Source: Heptranchias perlo
Lineage: Eukaryota
Assembly: GCF_035084215.1 (NCBI RefSeq)
Contig: NC_090336.1
Location: 36,766,001-36,830,000 of the forward strand
Length of the DNA stretch: 64,000 nucleotides
Reading direction: 5' to 3'
In this document: in pieces, positions 11,801 to 25,128 of the stretch
Layout: the number at the start of each line of letters is the position of its first letter
How positions within the stretch are numbered: position 1 is the stretch's first letter
Notes under the pieces: model-generated
What the model saw: the letters and a program-made list of their open reading frames with translations, nothing else
The model's database searches: none
What the model was told of the DNA's origin: nothing
Translations under genes and position numbers: made by a program

Positions 11801-13292
11801 AGAACCTCTCTGGCCACAGGGGATGTGCCAGAGGACTGGAGAACCGCTAATGTAGTACCATTATTCAAGAAGGGGAGTAGGGAAAAACCGGGGAACTACA
11901 GGCCAGTGAGCCTAACATCAGTGGTAGGAAAATTATTGGAAAAAATTCTGAAGAACAAAATTAGTCTCCACTTGGAGAAGCAAGGATTAAATCAGGGATA
12001 GTCAACATGGCTTTGTCAAGGGAAGATCATGTCTGGCTAATTTGATTGAATTTTTTGAGGGGGTGACTAGGCGTGTGGATGAGGGTAACGCAGTGGATGT
12101 GGTATACATGGATTTCAGTAAGGCCTTCGATAAAGTCCCCCACAGGAGACTGGTCAAGAAGGTACGAGCCCATGGAATCCAGGGTGCCTTGGCACTTTGG
12201 ATACAAAACTGGCTTAGTGGCAGAAGGCAGAGGGTGATGGTCGAAGGTTGTTTTTGTGACTGGAAGCCTGTGGCCAGTGGGGTACCACAGGGATCGGTGC
12301 TGGGTCCCTTGCTGTTTGTGGTCTACATTAACGACTTGGATATGAATGTAAAAGGCATGATCAGTAAGTTCGCTGATGATACAAAAATTGGTAGGGTGGT
12401 AAATAGCGAGGAGGATAGCCTCAGTCTGCAGGACGATATAGATGGGTTGGTCAGATGGGCGGAACAGTGGCAAATGGAATTTAACCCGGAAAAGTGCGAG
12501 GTGATGCACTTTGGAGGGACTAACAAGGCAAGGGAATACACAATGAATGGGAGGACCCTAGGCAAGACAGAGGGTCAGAGGGATCTTGGTGTGCAAGTTC
12601 ACAGATCCCTGAAGGCGGCGGAACAGGTAGATAAGGTGGTAAAGAAGGCATATGGGATACTTGCCTTTATTAGCCGAGGCATAGAATATAAGAGCAAGGA
12701 GGTTATGATGGAGCTGTATAAAACACTGGTTAGGCCACAGCTGGAGTACTGTGTGCAGTTCTGGTCGCCACACTACAGGAAGGATGTGATCGCTTTGGAG
12801 AGGGTGCAGAGGAGATTCACCAGGATGTTACCAGGGCTGGAGCGCTTCAGCTATGAAGAGAGACTGGGAAGATTGGGTTTGTTTTCCTTGGAGCAGAGGA
12901 GGCTGAGGGGGGACATGATTGAGGTGTACAAAATTATGAGGGGCACAGATAGGATGGATACGAAGGAGCTTTTTCCCTTCGTTGAGGGTTCTATAACAAG
13001 GGGACACAGATTCAAGGTAAAAGGCGGGAGGTTTGGAGGGGATTTGAGAAAGAACTTTTTCACCCAGAGGGTGGTTGGAGTCTGGAACTCACTGCCTGAA
13101 AGGGTTGTGGAGGCAGGAACCCTCACAACATTCAAGCAGCATTTGGATGAGCACTTGAAATGCCATAGCATACAAGGCTACGGACCAAATGCTGGAATAT
13201 GGGATTAGATTAGACAGGGCTTGATGGCCGGCGCGGACACGATGGGCCGAAGGGCCTCTATCCATGCTATATAACTCTATGACTCTATGACT
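8850..13292 (+). mobile_element. Near full-length CR1 LINE (ORF1 zinc-finger/coiled coil + SGNH esterase; ORF2 APE endonuclease + RT), inactivated
   Basis: ORF1 CSSC...CGKC, VVGDS, HIGTND, DGLH; ORF2 NARSL, TETW, GDFN, SDH, GVPQGSVLGP, FADD; (CTCTATGA)n tail. Stops at 9861, 10565 and 11579, frameshift near 11990. 5' boundary approximate. Confidence 0.96.
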
Positions 13293-13648
13293 AATATTGC
13301 AAATTATAAAGCTGTCCCTGATGCTGGAGTAGCTTTTCTAATGTAATATATTGACATTTATTTTGGGATCACAAATGAACCAAAAACAAACAAAAATGGT
13401 TGGCCTAGGAACCCAGGAATTTTCTTAAACTTGTTGGTTTTCTACAAATTAAATATTATCAGAGAATTGTACCCAACTAAAACATGCATTAAATTAGTAT
13501 TAAAAACAAGCTTACAACAATGCTCAAAAGCATTTATCCGATTCAAACTTGGAAAATTCCCTCTGCTCGGCCTGAGCAGCACCCCCAGCAGCACAAGCGT
13601 GACATTACCCATTTCCACACTGGCCGATTTGTGCTTAATTCTGGATAG

Positions 13649-13815
13649 TTTTGTGCTGGATACTCAACGGGAACTTAGTTGAGACTTTCTAAATTTATTT
13701 CACAATGGACCATTAGATGAAACTCTCATCCAACAAGCTGGACGAGATTAAACTCGGGTTCCTGCACTGAAAGATCTGAGTGTCACTCACTACATTTTGA
13801 CTCAATCCCTATATA
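13649..13815 (+). repeat. ~160-bp direct repeat, copy 2
   Basis: Aligns by eye to 7551-7712. Confidence 0.85.
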
Positions 13816-14079
13816 TATATTTATCTGGCAACAAAGATAAAACTATGCTTCCTTTTTGCATAAAAAATAAGTTCACTGTAAAAATTTACCGTGCTCTTCA
13901 TGAATTTATTTAATAAAACGTATTGATAGGTCTTTACTTAAATCAAACCATTTAATAACTTTCTGGTAACGTACTGAATTCTTATTGTATTCCTGGGATG
14001 ATACAGGGAATTTGTTGAGAATACATGTTGCAAGTACACCTCTCCTGGGCCAGTCATCTTTTTTAATGGGACAGGGAAT

Positions 14080-15080
14080 AAACATCCTTGAAATGGCTGA
14101 CCATTCCATCCTCCTGCGCAGTCTCTTCTCCATGGTCCACCTCCACAAGCCCACTCTTACATGGTTCCATTCCTTCTTGTTCCAAATAGCTCATCTCCAG
14201 CAATGGCTTCTCCTCCTGCCCTCAGTCAGTCAACTCCAATATACCCCATCCTCAGCACCCTGCTTTTCCTCATTTACATGTCCCTTGATGACTGTATACC
14301 ATAGGCATGGACCAGTTTACATATGAAAACAAACATCCAGCTCTACCTCTCCACAACTACCCTTCACTCCATGACCATCTGTATGTTATCAGACCATTTG
14401 TCTGACACGAAGTCATGGTTGAGTCAGAACTTCCTCCAATTGAACAGTGAGAGAAATGAAGTCAACTTGTCCTGCTTCTATAATAGCTCTATCTTTACTC
14501 CTGACTCCATTACCCTCCCAGGTTGCTCAATCATCTGGGATGATGCACAAGCTTGGCCTGAACTGTGCTTCAAACTCCATGTTCTATTTATCACCAAGAC
14601 CACATACTTCCACCTCCATAATGTCCATCTTTTTGCTCACCTCATTTCCACCGCAGCTGAAACCTATATCAACGCTTTCCTTATTTTACCTTCTATTTCA
14701 ACAGCATCTTCACTGTTCTCCCTAGCGCCATCTTACACAAACTCCAACTTTTATCCCAATCGGCCATCACAATCTTGCCAATTTCCATTTTCTCACTGCT
14801 GCCCGCCACCCCCCCCCCCCAACCAAAATCAAATACAGAATCCTTGGCCTCATTTACAAGTCATTCCAAGATCTCTCACCCTACTTCTGCAACCGCTTCC
14901 AGACCTATATCACACTCCATGTCCTTTGGTCCTCCAACTCTGGCCTCCTGAGCACCTCACTTCCCTTTGCCCAACCATCTATAGACAGCATTAAGCTGTC
15001 TCGACCATAACCACTAAAACTTACTCCCTAAATCCCATCATCGTACTACTTTTCTTCCTGTTTATAGAAGTCTCCTCAAA
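14080..15080 (+). mobile_element. Degenerate L2 LINE 3' portion
   Basis: QLYLST...LSD.KSWLSQNFLQLN motif; C/T-rich L2 composition. Confidence 0.75.
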
Positions 15081-15084
15081 ACAT

Positions 15085-15560
15085 TTTATAAGATATTAAG
15101 GGGAACGGATAGGGTGGATAGAGAGAAACTATTTCCGCTGGTTGGGGATTCTAGGAGTAGGGGGCACAGTCTAAAAATTAGAGCCAGACCTTTCATGAGT
15201 GAGATTAGAAAACATTTCTACACACAAAGGGTGGTAGAAGTTAGGAACTCTCTTCCGCAAACGGCAATTGATACTAGCTCAACTGCTAAATTTAAATCTG
15301 AGATAGATAGCTTTTTGGCAATCAAAGGTATTAAGGGATCTGGGCCAAAGGCGGGTATATGGAGTTAGATCTGTGATCTAACTCCATAATGGAAATGAGG
15401 TGAGCAAAAAGATGGACATTATGGAGGTGGAAGTATGTGGTCTTGGTGATAAATGGAACATGGAGTTTGAAGCACAGTTCAGGCCAAGCTTGTGCATCAT
15501 CCCAGATGATTGAGCAGGCACGAGGGGCTGAATGGCCTACTCCTGTTCCTATGTTCCTAT
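15085..15560 (+). mobile_element. CR1 3' fragment whose 3' UTR contains a templated insertion (15372-15516)
   Basis: DREKLFPLVGDSRSRGHSLKI...; tail ggctgaatggcctactcctgttcctatgttcctat. Confidence 0.88.
15390..15516 (-). repeat. 127-bp inverted duplicate of 14524-14650
   Basis: Reverse complement matches the source with one mismatch seen (gttctattt vs gttccattt). Confidence 0.93.
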
Positions 15561-17279
15561 ATATTTTTGGCCATGCTTTCAGTCAACTCTCCTAATTCTT
15601 CTGCTACAGCTCCATATCTGTATCTGCTTTTCTATCTGTTACTAATGCTTTGAAGAGAAACATTTAAGTGCACAGTTTGTTATTTTCATTTATTCAGTTT
15701 TCATGAGCAGAATTCCATAAGCTATATTTAGACAATATATTCTCAGAGGTCAGCAGAGTCTTCCGTGCAATACTAGAGGATAAACTTTAGCTGCAACACA
15801 CTGACACAGCTTCTTTGCAAGTCAGAGCCAATGATCTGCGAGGCGTCATTTTTCAATTAAACAAATCAAATCAATCGTGCTGTCAGTCATGATGCCAGAC
15901 AAACAAATGGAACATCTACCGGACAAATTTTAATCACAGAAACAATGAATCAACAAGATTAACTGCATTGTGTCAGTCAGGTGAGGATTATGTCAGCATT
16001 ATTGCTTAGTACATGTGTGATTTCTATCTTTTCCATCTCACCAGCTAAACATACAAAGAGTATTTTAGCTTTAGCAAAGCATTCAGCAGATGACAGGGCT
16101 TCCAATTTTGTACTGGAAAAGTAAACATCTTGTATATTATGAATTCTCCATAAATAGCTTTTACAAATAATAAGCTTTAATAATCAAAATTTCTGAAATA
16201 CTAAGGGTTTGTACAACAAGTTTTTGGAATGATGCAATACATTTATAAATGTTGGCCAAAGCAACAATATTTCTGCATTTGCTATTAAAATACTGCAGTC
16301 AATAAATTTTTGTTTTATTGTACCCTGGGACTAAGGAGTCTTCCATAATTATCACCTTTTTCACAAAGTATTGAATATTTTTATGGTTACCCCTCCCAAA
16401 AAGCACACTGCAAAATAATAATTTGAATATATATTTTTTTAAAAAGCAGACGAAGTATTATCCTCTCTTTCCCTTCCCCAAGAATTCTGTCCATTCTTGT
16501 AAAAACAATTATGATGCTGAAATGCAACAAAATTAGACAAATGTTTTTAAGTTACTTTACCATGTTATGCTATATTTTTGAAACTAAGATAAAGAAATCC
16601 TTTAGAAATCTGTTCCTAAAAGTGTGTTCCTGGGTATCAAGCCAACACCATATGCTGTTAAAAATGAGACCATCTCCAAATAGTGGTCTCACTGTATTTT
16701 CACTTTATGTCAGCTACAGTTGAGTTGTGTAGAACTATTGGCTACAGGTCAATCTTGCAAATTCTGCAATTATCTGAAGTCCAGGATCATGAAACATGAA
16801 TGTGGAAAAACAAAGGTCAGTTTTCAGAATAAGGGTTTAATTTTACATTTGAGACAGCACTGCACTTTCAGTTTAGTGTATGCAATTCAGCAAAGTTTAC
16901 CTTAGCCCACACGAAGAGGAGCGAACTCCACTGATTAATCACAATTCTCCCATACCAGTGGAAGCAGACACTATAACTAGTCTAACCACAGAAGATCAAT
17001 TTTTAAGAATTCAAAGTAGAGAAGGTATTAAATCTCTTTTATAAGTATAATGCCACAAGTTGATGAAGCTCCATAGCGGAAAGGCTCTACTCTGTGCCAT
17101 CATATGGCACCAGCCTTAAGTTTACTGTTCAGTAACATCATGAATAGAAGGCTGTAGATTCCCAAGTCAATTAGCAGACAAAAAACATTTTTTCCAACTT
17201 TTTAAGAAGGTGCATAAAGTAGTCTTTAGTGTCTGCACATGACTTTTTCCATAGAAAAAGGAAGATTTAAAGAAAAGAT

Positions 17280-18060
17280 TACAAAATTTTGTCCCCCAGG
17301 ATCCATCCACCTTTTTGTCCCTCCCTGCTGAATATGTTATGGCTGGTGGAGTGGTGAAGGACAACTGTATCGCAAGCACTTCCCCAGTGCTCTAAGTTAA
17401 CATGCAGGATCCTCAGTTGGGCATCACAGATAATTAGCAAGTGGTAACCTTTCCTGTTGATGAAAGGGACAGGCTCAAGCAGAGCCTTCAGTCGCACGTG
17501 GGTCCCATCGTTAGCCCCTTACAATCTAGAAAAGCCAGAAATTCTGTGGAAATTGATGGAGCCGTCTCTTTTCTATGCAGGGGACATGTTGTATTCAATG
17601 AAGTTGGATGCCCTGCAGAAGAGTCCATCTGTCACCGGTTGATTATCGATCCTCACAATTCCTTGACAGGTGTACAGAGGTCTCCAGCACCTGACTGGAA
17701 GGAACTATATCCGTAGACACTGAGGGCCATTGTCACCTTTATTGTCACTGACAAGGCCCTGCGGGAATTAGATGGCTGATTCATGTCTCCATGGAGCATC
17801 TCACAGAGGTGGTCAATTTCTTCCTTGGTGAAGCGCAGTCTGCGCACGCACAACTCCTCCGTCAGTGCCTCAAATGACATTCATTCCCTGTATGGTCATA
17901 GTTCAGTCTCCAGCCATAGTGCCTCAAGCAACGCACCTGCTCCCTCTGCTCCTGCTCCAGGGATCCATGATAATCAAGAACAGGGGAATGTCCACTGGAT
18001 AGGCCATTACAATGCTTTCACCTTCCTAACACATAGAAAGAGGTGGGGGTCCTGAAATTA
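17280..18060 (-). mobile_element. Degenerate, internally deleted Harbinger transposase (HARBI1-like DDE)
   Basis: CVRRLRFTKEEIDHLCEML...ALSVTIKVTMAL...SSFQSGAGDLC (17653-17880) and FINRKGYH...ICDAQLRILHVN...GSACD (17279-17497). Confidence 0.85.
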
Positions 18061-18844
18061 ATTGTTTTTAGCCACGAACAGGACTCTGGATGGCAAAACT
18101 GGGAAGAAAATACTGTCAAAACCGAAAGAATTATTAAAAGAAAACTGAATACATGTTCCAGACGCTGGGGTATGGCTCCACAGCTTTAATGGTCCCTTTG
18201 TTGGCCTCCCAGGCTGAGAGTCATATGAGGGTCATAAATCACATCAATGCCAACTCACTCGTGTAATAAATTGGATAGCCAAAGGGTAGAATACTAGAGC
18301 CTAGTTTTCAGTTGCTTCCAAGCCTTTATTCACAGAGATCCACATTACACCCACACCACACCCTAGATCAGCTCTCTTATAAATGGATGAGAGTTCCCAA
18401 TTGTTACACACCACCCGAGTACAATTAACACTAATTGATACAAATCACATGGATACAATTCACAACACGCACCATTATTTTTCAGTCTAAGTGGCTGTGG
18501 TGCAAATAATGATGTAATTCCAGCAATTGGCGATTGCCATTGACTGCACTGGAGGGCTGAGCGACGAGATTTAACTTTTATAGGCTTAGATGAGGCTATC
18601 AGCAGAGAAGTGCAAATATCCCAGCAAATTATGGAGCAAAGCAAATAATGGCATAACTTGCTCCATTATTTCCTGGAACTTTTACGTATTAATAATGGTG
18701 CATGCCGTTAATGCATCATTACTATGGCACAAGGTTCAAGCAACTTCAGGCCAATCAAGTCTCTGAGCAGACTACCTTAGCAAAGGAATAGTTAAGTTGT
18801 TTCACACTTTAAATTATCTAGAAAAATAGCCATGTTTTTCTTAC

Positions 18845-18955
18845 CTGAGATCCGCCAGCAACTGGCACCAAACACGTAAAAAGATTGGCAATCACATTTT
18901 CCAAGTTCACATTGAGACTGTCGACATACACCGTATAAATGAGGCCAAGGCAAGC
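18845..18955 (-). CDS. SBF2: SBF2/MTMR13 coding exon (corresponds to human exon 5)
   Basis: ttttag|[37 protein letters not shown]|gtaaga; 111 nt, phase 0, in frame with the two upstream exons. Confidence 0.95.
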
Positions 18956-19379
18956 CTAAAAAGTGAGGGTAGTGGTTAATTTTCACATAGCTCATTTCAA
19001 AAATCTTCTCGAAAAACAATATCAAATGCCAAGTACAACCCAATTTGCATTTATCTTAACCCTTAACCCTGTCCTAAACAGAAATTAACCTAGCTCTTTC
19101 TTTAAAAAAAATGATTGACTGCAAGTCTTCCACACAGCCACAAATTTGTTGGGGGGGCGGGGGGGGAAACCATTTTACTCCAGTATTGTTTGTTAACCGG
19201 CACCTAACCAGAGTTTTGTCCACTTATCACTACCATCCAATTTTATTGTTTTGCATCCAATTCATTAATTTTCTATTAATTCTGTGTACTTTAATCTTTT
19301 TAATACGTCTCACTACTTGAACTCCCATTCCACTGCTTATGGACAAAAATATTAAAAATGTGTTCACGACAAAATTACA

Positions 19380-20410
19380 AATAGGGAAGGCCATTCGGCT
19401 CATTTTGGTATGTCCCTCGAGATAGATCCTACAGTCCCACCATCATGGCATCCAACCGATTCCACGGTTTTCGGGTTCATTAGTCTACCCCAAGATCCAT
19501 TCTACGGGTTGGTCATTCTTTGTGTGAAGAAGAACTTTCTGATATCAATCCCAAATTTGCATTTTACTATTTTGAATCAGTGTTCCATCTTCCTGTCATG
19601 TTTTGGTTTGAATTAGTATTCTGAATTTAGCTTTACAATTTAGTATCTTGTATATCTCCATACTAAATTGCATCAAGTCCCGTTCACCCATCACCCGTGT
19701 TCACTAAACTATATTGGCTCCCGGTCCGGCAACGCCTCAATTTTAAAATTCTCATCCTTGTTTTCAAATCCTTGTTTTCAAATCCCTCCATGGCCTCACC
19801 GATCCTTACTCTGTAACCTCCTCTAGCCTTAAAACCCTCAGAGATCTCTGCGCTCCTCCAATTCTTGCCTCTTCCACTTCCCCGATTTTAATCGTTCCAC
19901 TATTGGCGGCCATGCCATCAACTGCCTAGGCCCTAAGCTCTGGAATTCCTTCCCTAAACCTCACTGCCTCTCTCTCCTCCTTTAAGATCCTCCTTTAAAC
20001 CTACCTTTGACCAAGCTTTTAGTCACCTGTCCTAATATCTCCTTATGTGGCTCGGTTTCAAATTTTGTTTGATAATGCTTATGAAGTGCATAGGGGCATT
20101 TTACTACATTAAAGGTGCTATATAAATACAATTGTTGTTACTACTTCTTACAAGGCTCACAACCTCTAAAGTTTCTCAAGTCTTTCCTCATAATTCAGTC
20201 TTCTGATTCTTGGAATCAGTTTCATGGCTCCTTTTTGAACTGCCTCTCGGGCATTGTGTTTGGGTGACTAGAACTGAAGGTGCACTCAAGATGTAATCTG
20301 ACCGCAGCATTATATAGTTTGAGCATGAATTCCTCAGACTTGTACTTTACTGTTTTGGCTATATAATCCAGCATTCTATTTTCTTTGCTGATTGTTGCAC
20401 TGCAGTGATT
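19380..20410. mobile_element. Minus-strand CR1 fragment interrupted by a plus-strand L2 3' end (~19665-20140)
   Basis: ENRMLDYIAKTVKYKSEEFMLKLYNAAVRLHLE; L2 tail ttttaaaattctcatcc...aaaggtgctatataaat. Confidence 0.75.
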
Positions 20411-20414
20411 GGAC

Positions 20415-20882
20415 ATTGATTCCTGGGATGAGAGGGTTGTCCAATGAGGAAAGATTGAGTAGAATGGGCCTATATTCTCTGGAGTTTCAAAGAATGAGAG
20501 ATGATCACATTGAAACATATAAGATTTTGAGAGAGTTTGACAGGGTAGATGCTGAGAGGATATTTCCCCTGGCTGGAAAGTCTAGAACTAGGGGACATAG
20601 TCTCAGGATAAGGGGTCGGAGATTTAGGACTGAGATGAGGAGGAATTTCTTCACTCAGAGGGTTGTGACTATTTGGAATTCTCTACCCCAGAGGGCTTTA
20701 GATGCTCAGCCATTGAGTATATTCAAGACTGAGATCGAGAGATTTTTGGACTCTAAGGGAATCAAGGGTATGGAGATCGGGCGGGAAAGTGGAGTTGAGG
20801 ATGAAGATCAGCCATGATCTTACTGAATGGCAGGCTAGGTTAGAGGGGCCATATGGCCTACTCCTGCACCTATTTCTTATGA
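20415..20882 (+). mobile_element. CR1 LINE 3' fragment
   Basis: IPGMRGLSNEERLSRMGLYSLE...RTRGHSLRIRG...FFTQRVV; CR1 3' UTR. Confidence 0.9.
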
Positions 20883-22104
20883 CATGTTGAGAGTCAAGTA
20901 TTTATTGTGCCATTTTTCCTTCCTGTGTATAGTACTTGTCCATATTAAATTTCATCTGACCATTTCACCTATTTATATATTCTGTCTAACTCGTTTTGTA
21001 GTTCTACAGCTGCCTCTCCTACTTTGGGATTATCTAAGATTTTGGCCAGTATCCACTGAGCTTCTGAATCCTGATTTGTATTTTGCTCTCTATAGTAAAT
21101 TATTATTTAAAAAATTTCTTTCTTTTCTATTGGCTTTCAATCCTTAGTTTACTATTGTCCTCAGTGCAATTATTATTCTTTCAGGATTTCTTTCTCTCGC
21201 TTTAAAATATTTACTTGTGCAAAATTAAATTTATCTTTATATTCAGCAGCTTGTGCATATATGTTTTTGAATTATGTACTCATTCACAATATACGTACAG
21301 CATAAACCGTGGATGGAGTTGAGATTTTTTTTAAAAAGGCAGAGAAAACAGCAAGCAGTGAAGCAAATGTAGGGTTGGGAGGGAGGCAAGGGATTGAGCA
21401 ATGTCTGAGGTTAAAATTGGGCCAAAGATCCAAGGAGGAAGCAGGCAGTAGTTCCGCTGTAACTTCCTTCTTTAGGACTCATGAGTATTGAGTTGGACCT
21501 GTAAATCGCAACACCTTGCTTGGGAGCAAAAGGCAGACAGGTCAGTGTTGGCGCCAGGAGGAAGTGGTGAAGACTACAGAACCAATAGGAGCCAGAAAAG
21601 TGACAGCTGTTTACCATGTTCATTACAGATAAAATTTCTTGTGAAACAGATAGAAAATATGGAACTTTTTGAGTGCCTTCTGGAAATTGAAGTAGATTTA
21701 TGCCAGTGATTTGTCATTATCAACTAATGATTTTTTCAATGAATGCGTGTGAAATGATCTATTTAAATTCATGCTGGCAATTCTTTATAGTCTTTGTCTT
21801 CTAAAATTGATGTCAACAATTTGGCTAGTAAATTCAAAGGATATGAGTTGGCTTCATTTTAACACAAGGAAAAAGAATGTTTTCACTTTGCTTTTGGTGA
21901 TATGATTAAGGACTCCCTAGATAAGGCACAGTACTGGCCAGAAGCAATGTCTGACATTCCCTAAATTCTCCTAACAGCAGCAGCCTCCATGTAAAGTTTA
22001 TGATGTGTATCAGGTGACATTAATATTCTGCAAATCTGCTCAGTTAGGATCTTTCACGTTGTGGCACACTTCCTAAATCATCTCGACTTAATATTTATTG
22101 GAAC

Positions 22105-22880
22105 AATTTGCATTTATATAGTGCCTTTCACCTTATAAAATGACCTAAGGTGCTTCAAAAAGGCAAAACTGGAACGAACAGTGCTAGGGAAATGACTAAA
22201 GGCATTGTCAAAGAGGTAAGCTGTGAGGAACCTTTTGCAGGAATGGAGAGTGGTAGCTAAGTGGAGGGATGCAGAAAGAAAGAACTTGCATTTATACAGC
22301 ACCTTTCTTGTACTCTGAATGTTCCAAAGTGCTCCACAGCCAATGATTTACTTTTCAAGTATAATATCACTGTTATTATGTAGGCAAACATGGCAGTCAA
22401 TTTACGCACAGCAAAATCCCACAAACAACAAGATTAACGACTGGTTAATCTGTTTTTTGGGGTTTGGTCAAGGCATAAATGTTGGCCAGTATACTAGGAG
22501 ACCGCCTCTGAACAGGTAGACAGGGTTTTAGTTTAACATCTCATCCAAAAAACAGCACCTATTTATTGAGGATATCAGTGATAAGGCAGTGGATGAATGT
22601 TGGGTCACCAGTTTGGAGTGCGTCATGTAATTGAAATTGGATGCAACAAAGGAGTGGTCGAGAGTTTCAGCAGGGGAGTGAGTGTGGTAAAGGAAGACTA
22701 TATTGCAGACGTGGAAATAGGCACTCGATGGTGGTTAGGATATGGGGTTTGAAACTGAGTTGAGGGTCACAAATGATACCAAGGTTGCGCATTGTTTGAG
22801 CAAGCTGGATGGAATCTGGCCTAGGATGCAATGTTTGGTGAGAACTGAACAGGATGGATTCAGTTTTGATAGATCTAATT
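22105..22880 (-). mobile_element. L2 3' fragments with a nested DeuSINE (SacSINE1-like) remnant (~22280-22560)
   Basis: ttgcatttatatagtgcctttc tails; cacagccaatga...cccacaaacaacaag similar to the 45679 SINE. Confidence 0.65.
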
Positions 22881-24116
22881 TCCAATAACTAATTCTTAAC
22901 TTGCAATAACAAACACACGTTGAAAATTAGGGAATTTGAACTGTTGGAAGTTAAAAGGAAATCAAGGCAGAGTCACACCCCAAATTTATTAAATTCCTGG
23001 ATCCCGCTGAGTTACTTAAAGGGCAACTTCCTTAAAAGTGTCAATTAGCCTGATTATATGAGGGAGCTAGATTGTCAATAGTGGTACAATTAACCAGAAT
23101 GTATCAAAGAATCTAGAATCCCAATGAAGAAATTCTTTGATTTAATGCTAGATTAAGGACTTTTCTTTGATATGTTAATTGATGAATCCAGTAATCGTAG
23201 CTACGTTGTTGAACAAAATTATATAGTCTCTCAAAAATTATCTAGACTGTAAAAACTCTCCATAGACTTTAAACTACATCATTTTTTAATCTATTATAAA
23301 TCCAGGGATCAAAGACCTGTGAAAGAGTAGATGAATTCAATCAATCAGATTTGAATAGGTCAAAGTAGAATGTTTTGATTAGCTGTTTCTATTTTGCTGT
23401 GCTACTACTCAGGACTGCTTAGTTCCAGGAGACTACTATATTTTTGAAAAAGAGCTTCAAGCAGTTAGCTCACTGGTGGACTTTTGGAGCTCTACATGTA
23501 CAAATACTACATTGTGCTCTATGTATAAGCTTTATTTTGATGCTTCATTGTACTTCAAATTTTAAATTAATACGGTTGTAATTTTAGCCTGTACAAGCTT
23601 TGATCTGTATTGTCATATTCCATCTATCAAGGAGTTGAGAAAGTAGCTCCAATCTATGTAAAGTCCAGTACACTGGCCCAGATTTTCCTGCGATGGTGAG
23701 ATAGTCAACGTACACTGCAAATTCCGTCATGTAGCGCACCAATCTCGCTGTTGATAACATCCTCCATATTTTCCTGCAATTCTAATTAGAATATGCTGCA
23801 GCAAGCATTGCAGTGAAGCCAATGACTAATGTATTGATCCTGCTGCTAACGAAGCAATTTCATAGTCATTGTCAGAAAATGCTACAATTTAACAACTCAG
23901 TGACAATTTTGAATGAGACCGATCAGAGATAACATAAAAATTGGATTTTATACATTTTTTAAAAAGTTTTTAAAGTTCTGTTTCTGTAAAACAAATAAAA
24001 TATCGATGCTTCTATAAAATGGATCAGTACAACGAAACCCAATTCTTATTTAAGTTGATTGTGAGCTGGTTGGGTGGGTTCTTTAATCATCTCAAATATC
24101 CTCAAAGCTTACAACA

Positions 24117-24395
24117 ATTTAAGGTGATCAGCAAAAGAGCCAGAGGCGACACGAGGGAACAGTTTTTTTATGCAGTGAGTTGTCATGATCTGGAATGCAC
24201 TGCCTGAAAGGATGGTGGAAGCCGATTCAATAGAAACTTTCAAAAGATAACTGGATAAATACTTGAAGGGAAAAAAATTACAAGGCTATGAGGAAAGAGC
24301 AGGGGAATGGGACTAATTGGATAACTCTTTCAAAGAGTCAGCAGAGGCACGATGGGCCGAATAGTCTCCTCCTGTGCTGTACCTACCATATGATA
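24117..24395 (+). mobile_element. CR1 3' fragment
   Basis: tttaaggtgatcagcaaaaga...tggaatgcactgcctgaaag...gatgggccgaa. Confidence 0.8.
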
Positions 24396-25128
24396 ATGTG
24401 GGGGGGAAGTTTTGCACCTATCTGATTTTTTTTCCCCCTATTTTAAACATCTTTGCTATTAAATTAATGACAAAATATTAGTAAACATGAGCATTTAAGG
24501 GGCTTGTAAATTTCCAAAATGTTTGTTTGAACCCATGATTGGTCAGAGATCCGCGTTCTGTTAGCTATTGATCAAAATATTTGAACAATTGGCCCCCACA
24601 ATCGGATTCCTCCATACCACATGGAAATTCATAGATTTCAAAAGAGAGGGGAGGCAGATGACAAGGCTGATCTTCATGTGCCTCACTGCCGAATCAGTGA
24701 TGTCAATTCCTAGTACGGGATCATGAGAAGAATCAGAACTAAATTAAGTGTTATTTATCATGCACTGCTAACAACGATCAATTGGTTTAGATTGCACTAT
24801 GGATTTTACGTTGCTCATTAAAACATGGTTATCAACTAATTTATCAACTACTTAAGATAAATTCCAGCTGTTTTAAGGATAATTGACAAAATTAGCTGTG
24901 TGAATACTTCAAGCAGGGCTGGGCACCAATAGTGTATTCAAAATACAAGTAGGGAGCATTTATATGACTATGGATGAATGTAATTGTTGCATACGCATAA
25001 CTATGTACTACGCTATCAATTATACACCAATTGAATCCTGATAATGGCAAAATTTGTTTGCCAAGAAATATTGGACTGGGATTGTGCTGTAGATGATAAA
25101 TGTTGCAGTTGCAGTTTTAATAATTCAG

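Noticed and set aside
10679-13208. 300-aa and 388-aa ORFs as host genes or an active RT system
   Set aside because: They are pieces of one CR1 ORF2 broken by stops and a frameshift.
14323-14994. 223-aa ORF
   Set aside because: Frameshifted L2 remnant; open by chance in C/T-rich sequence.
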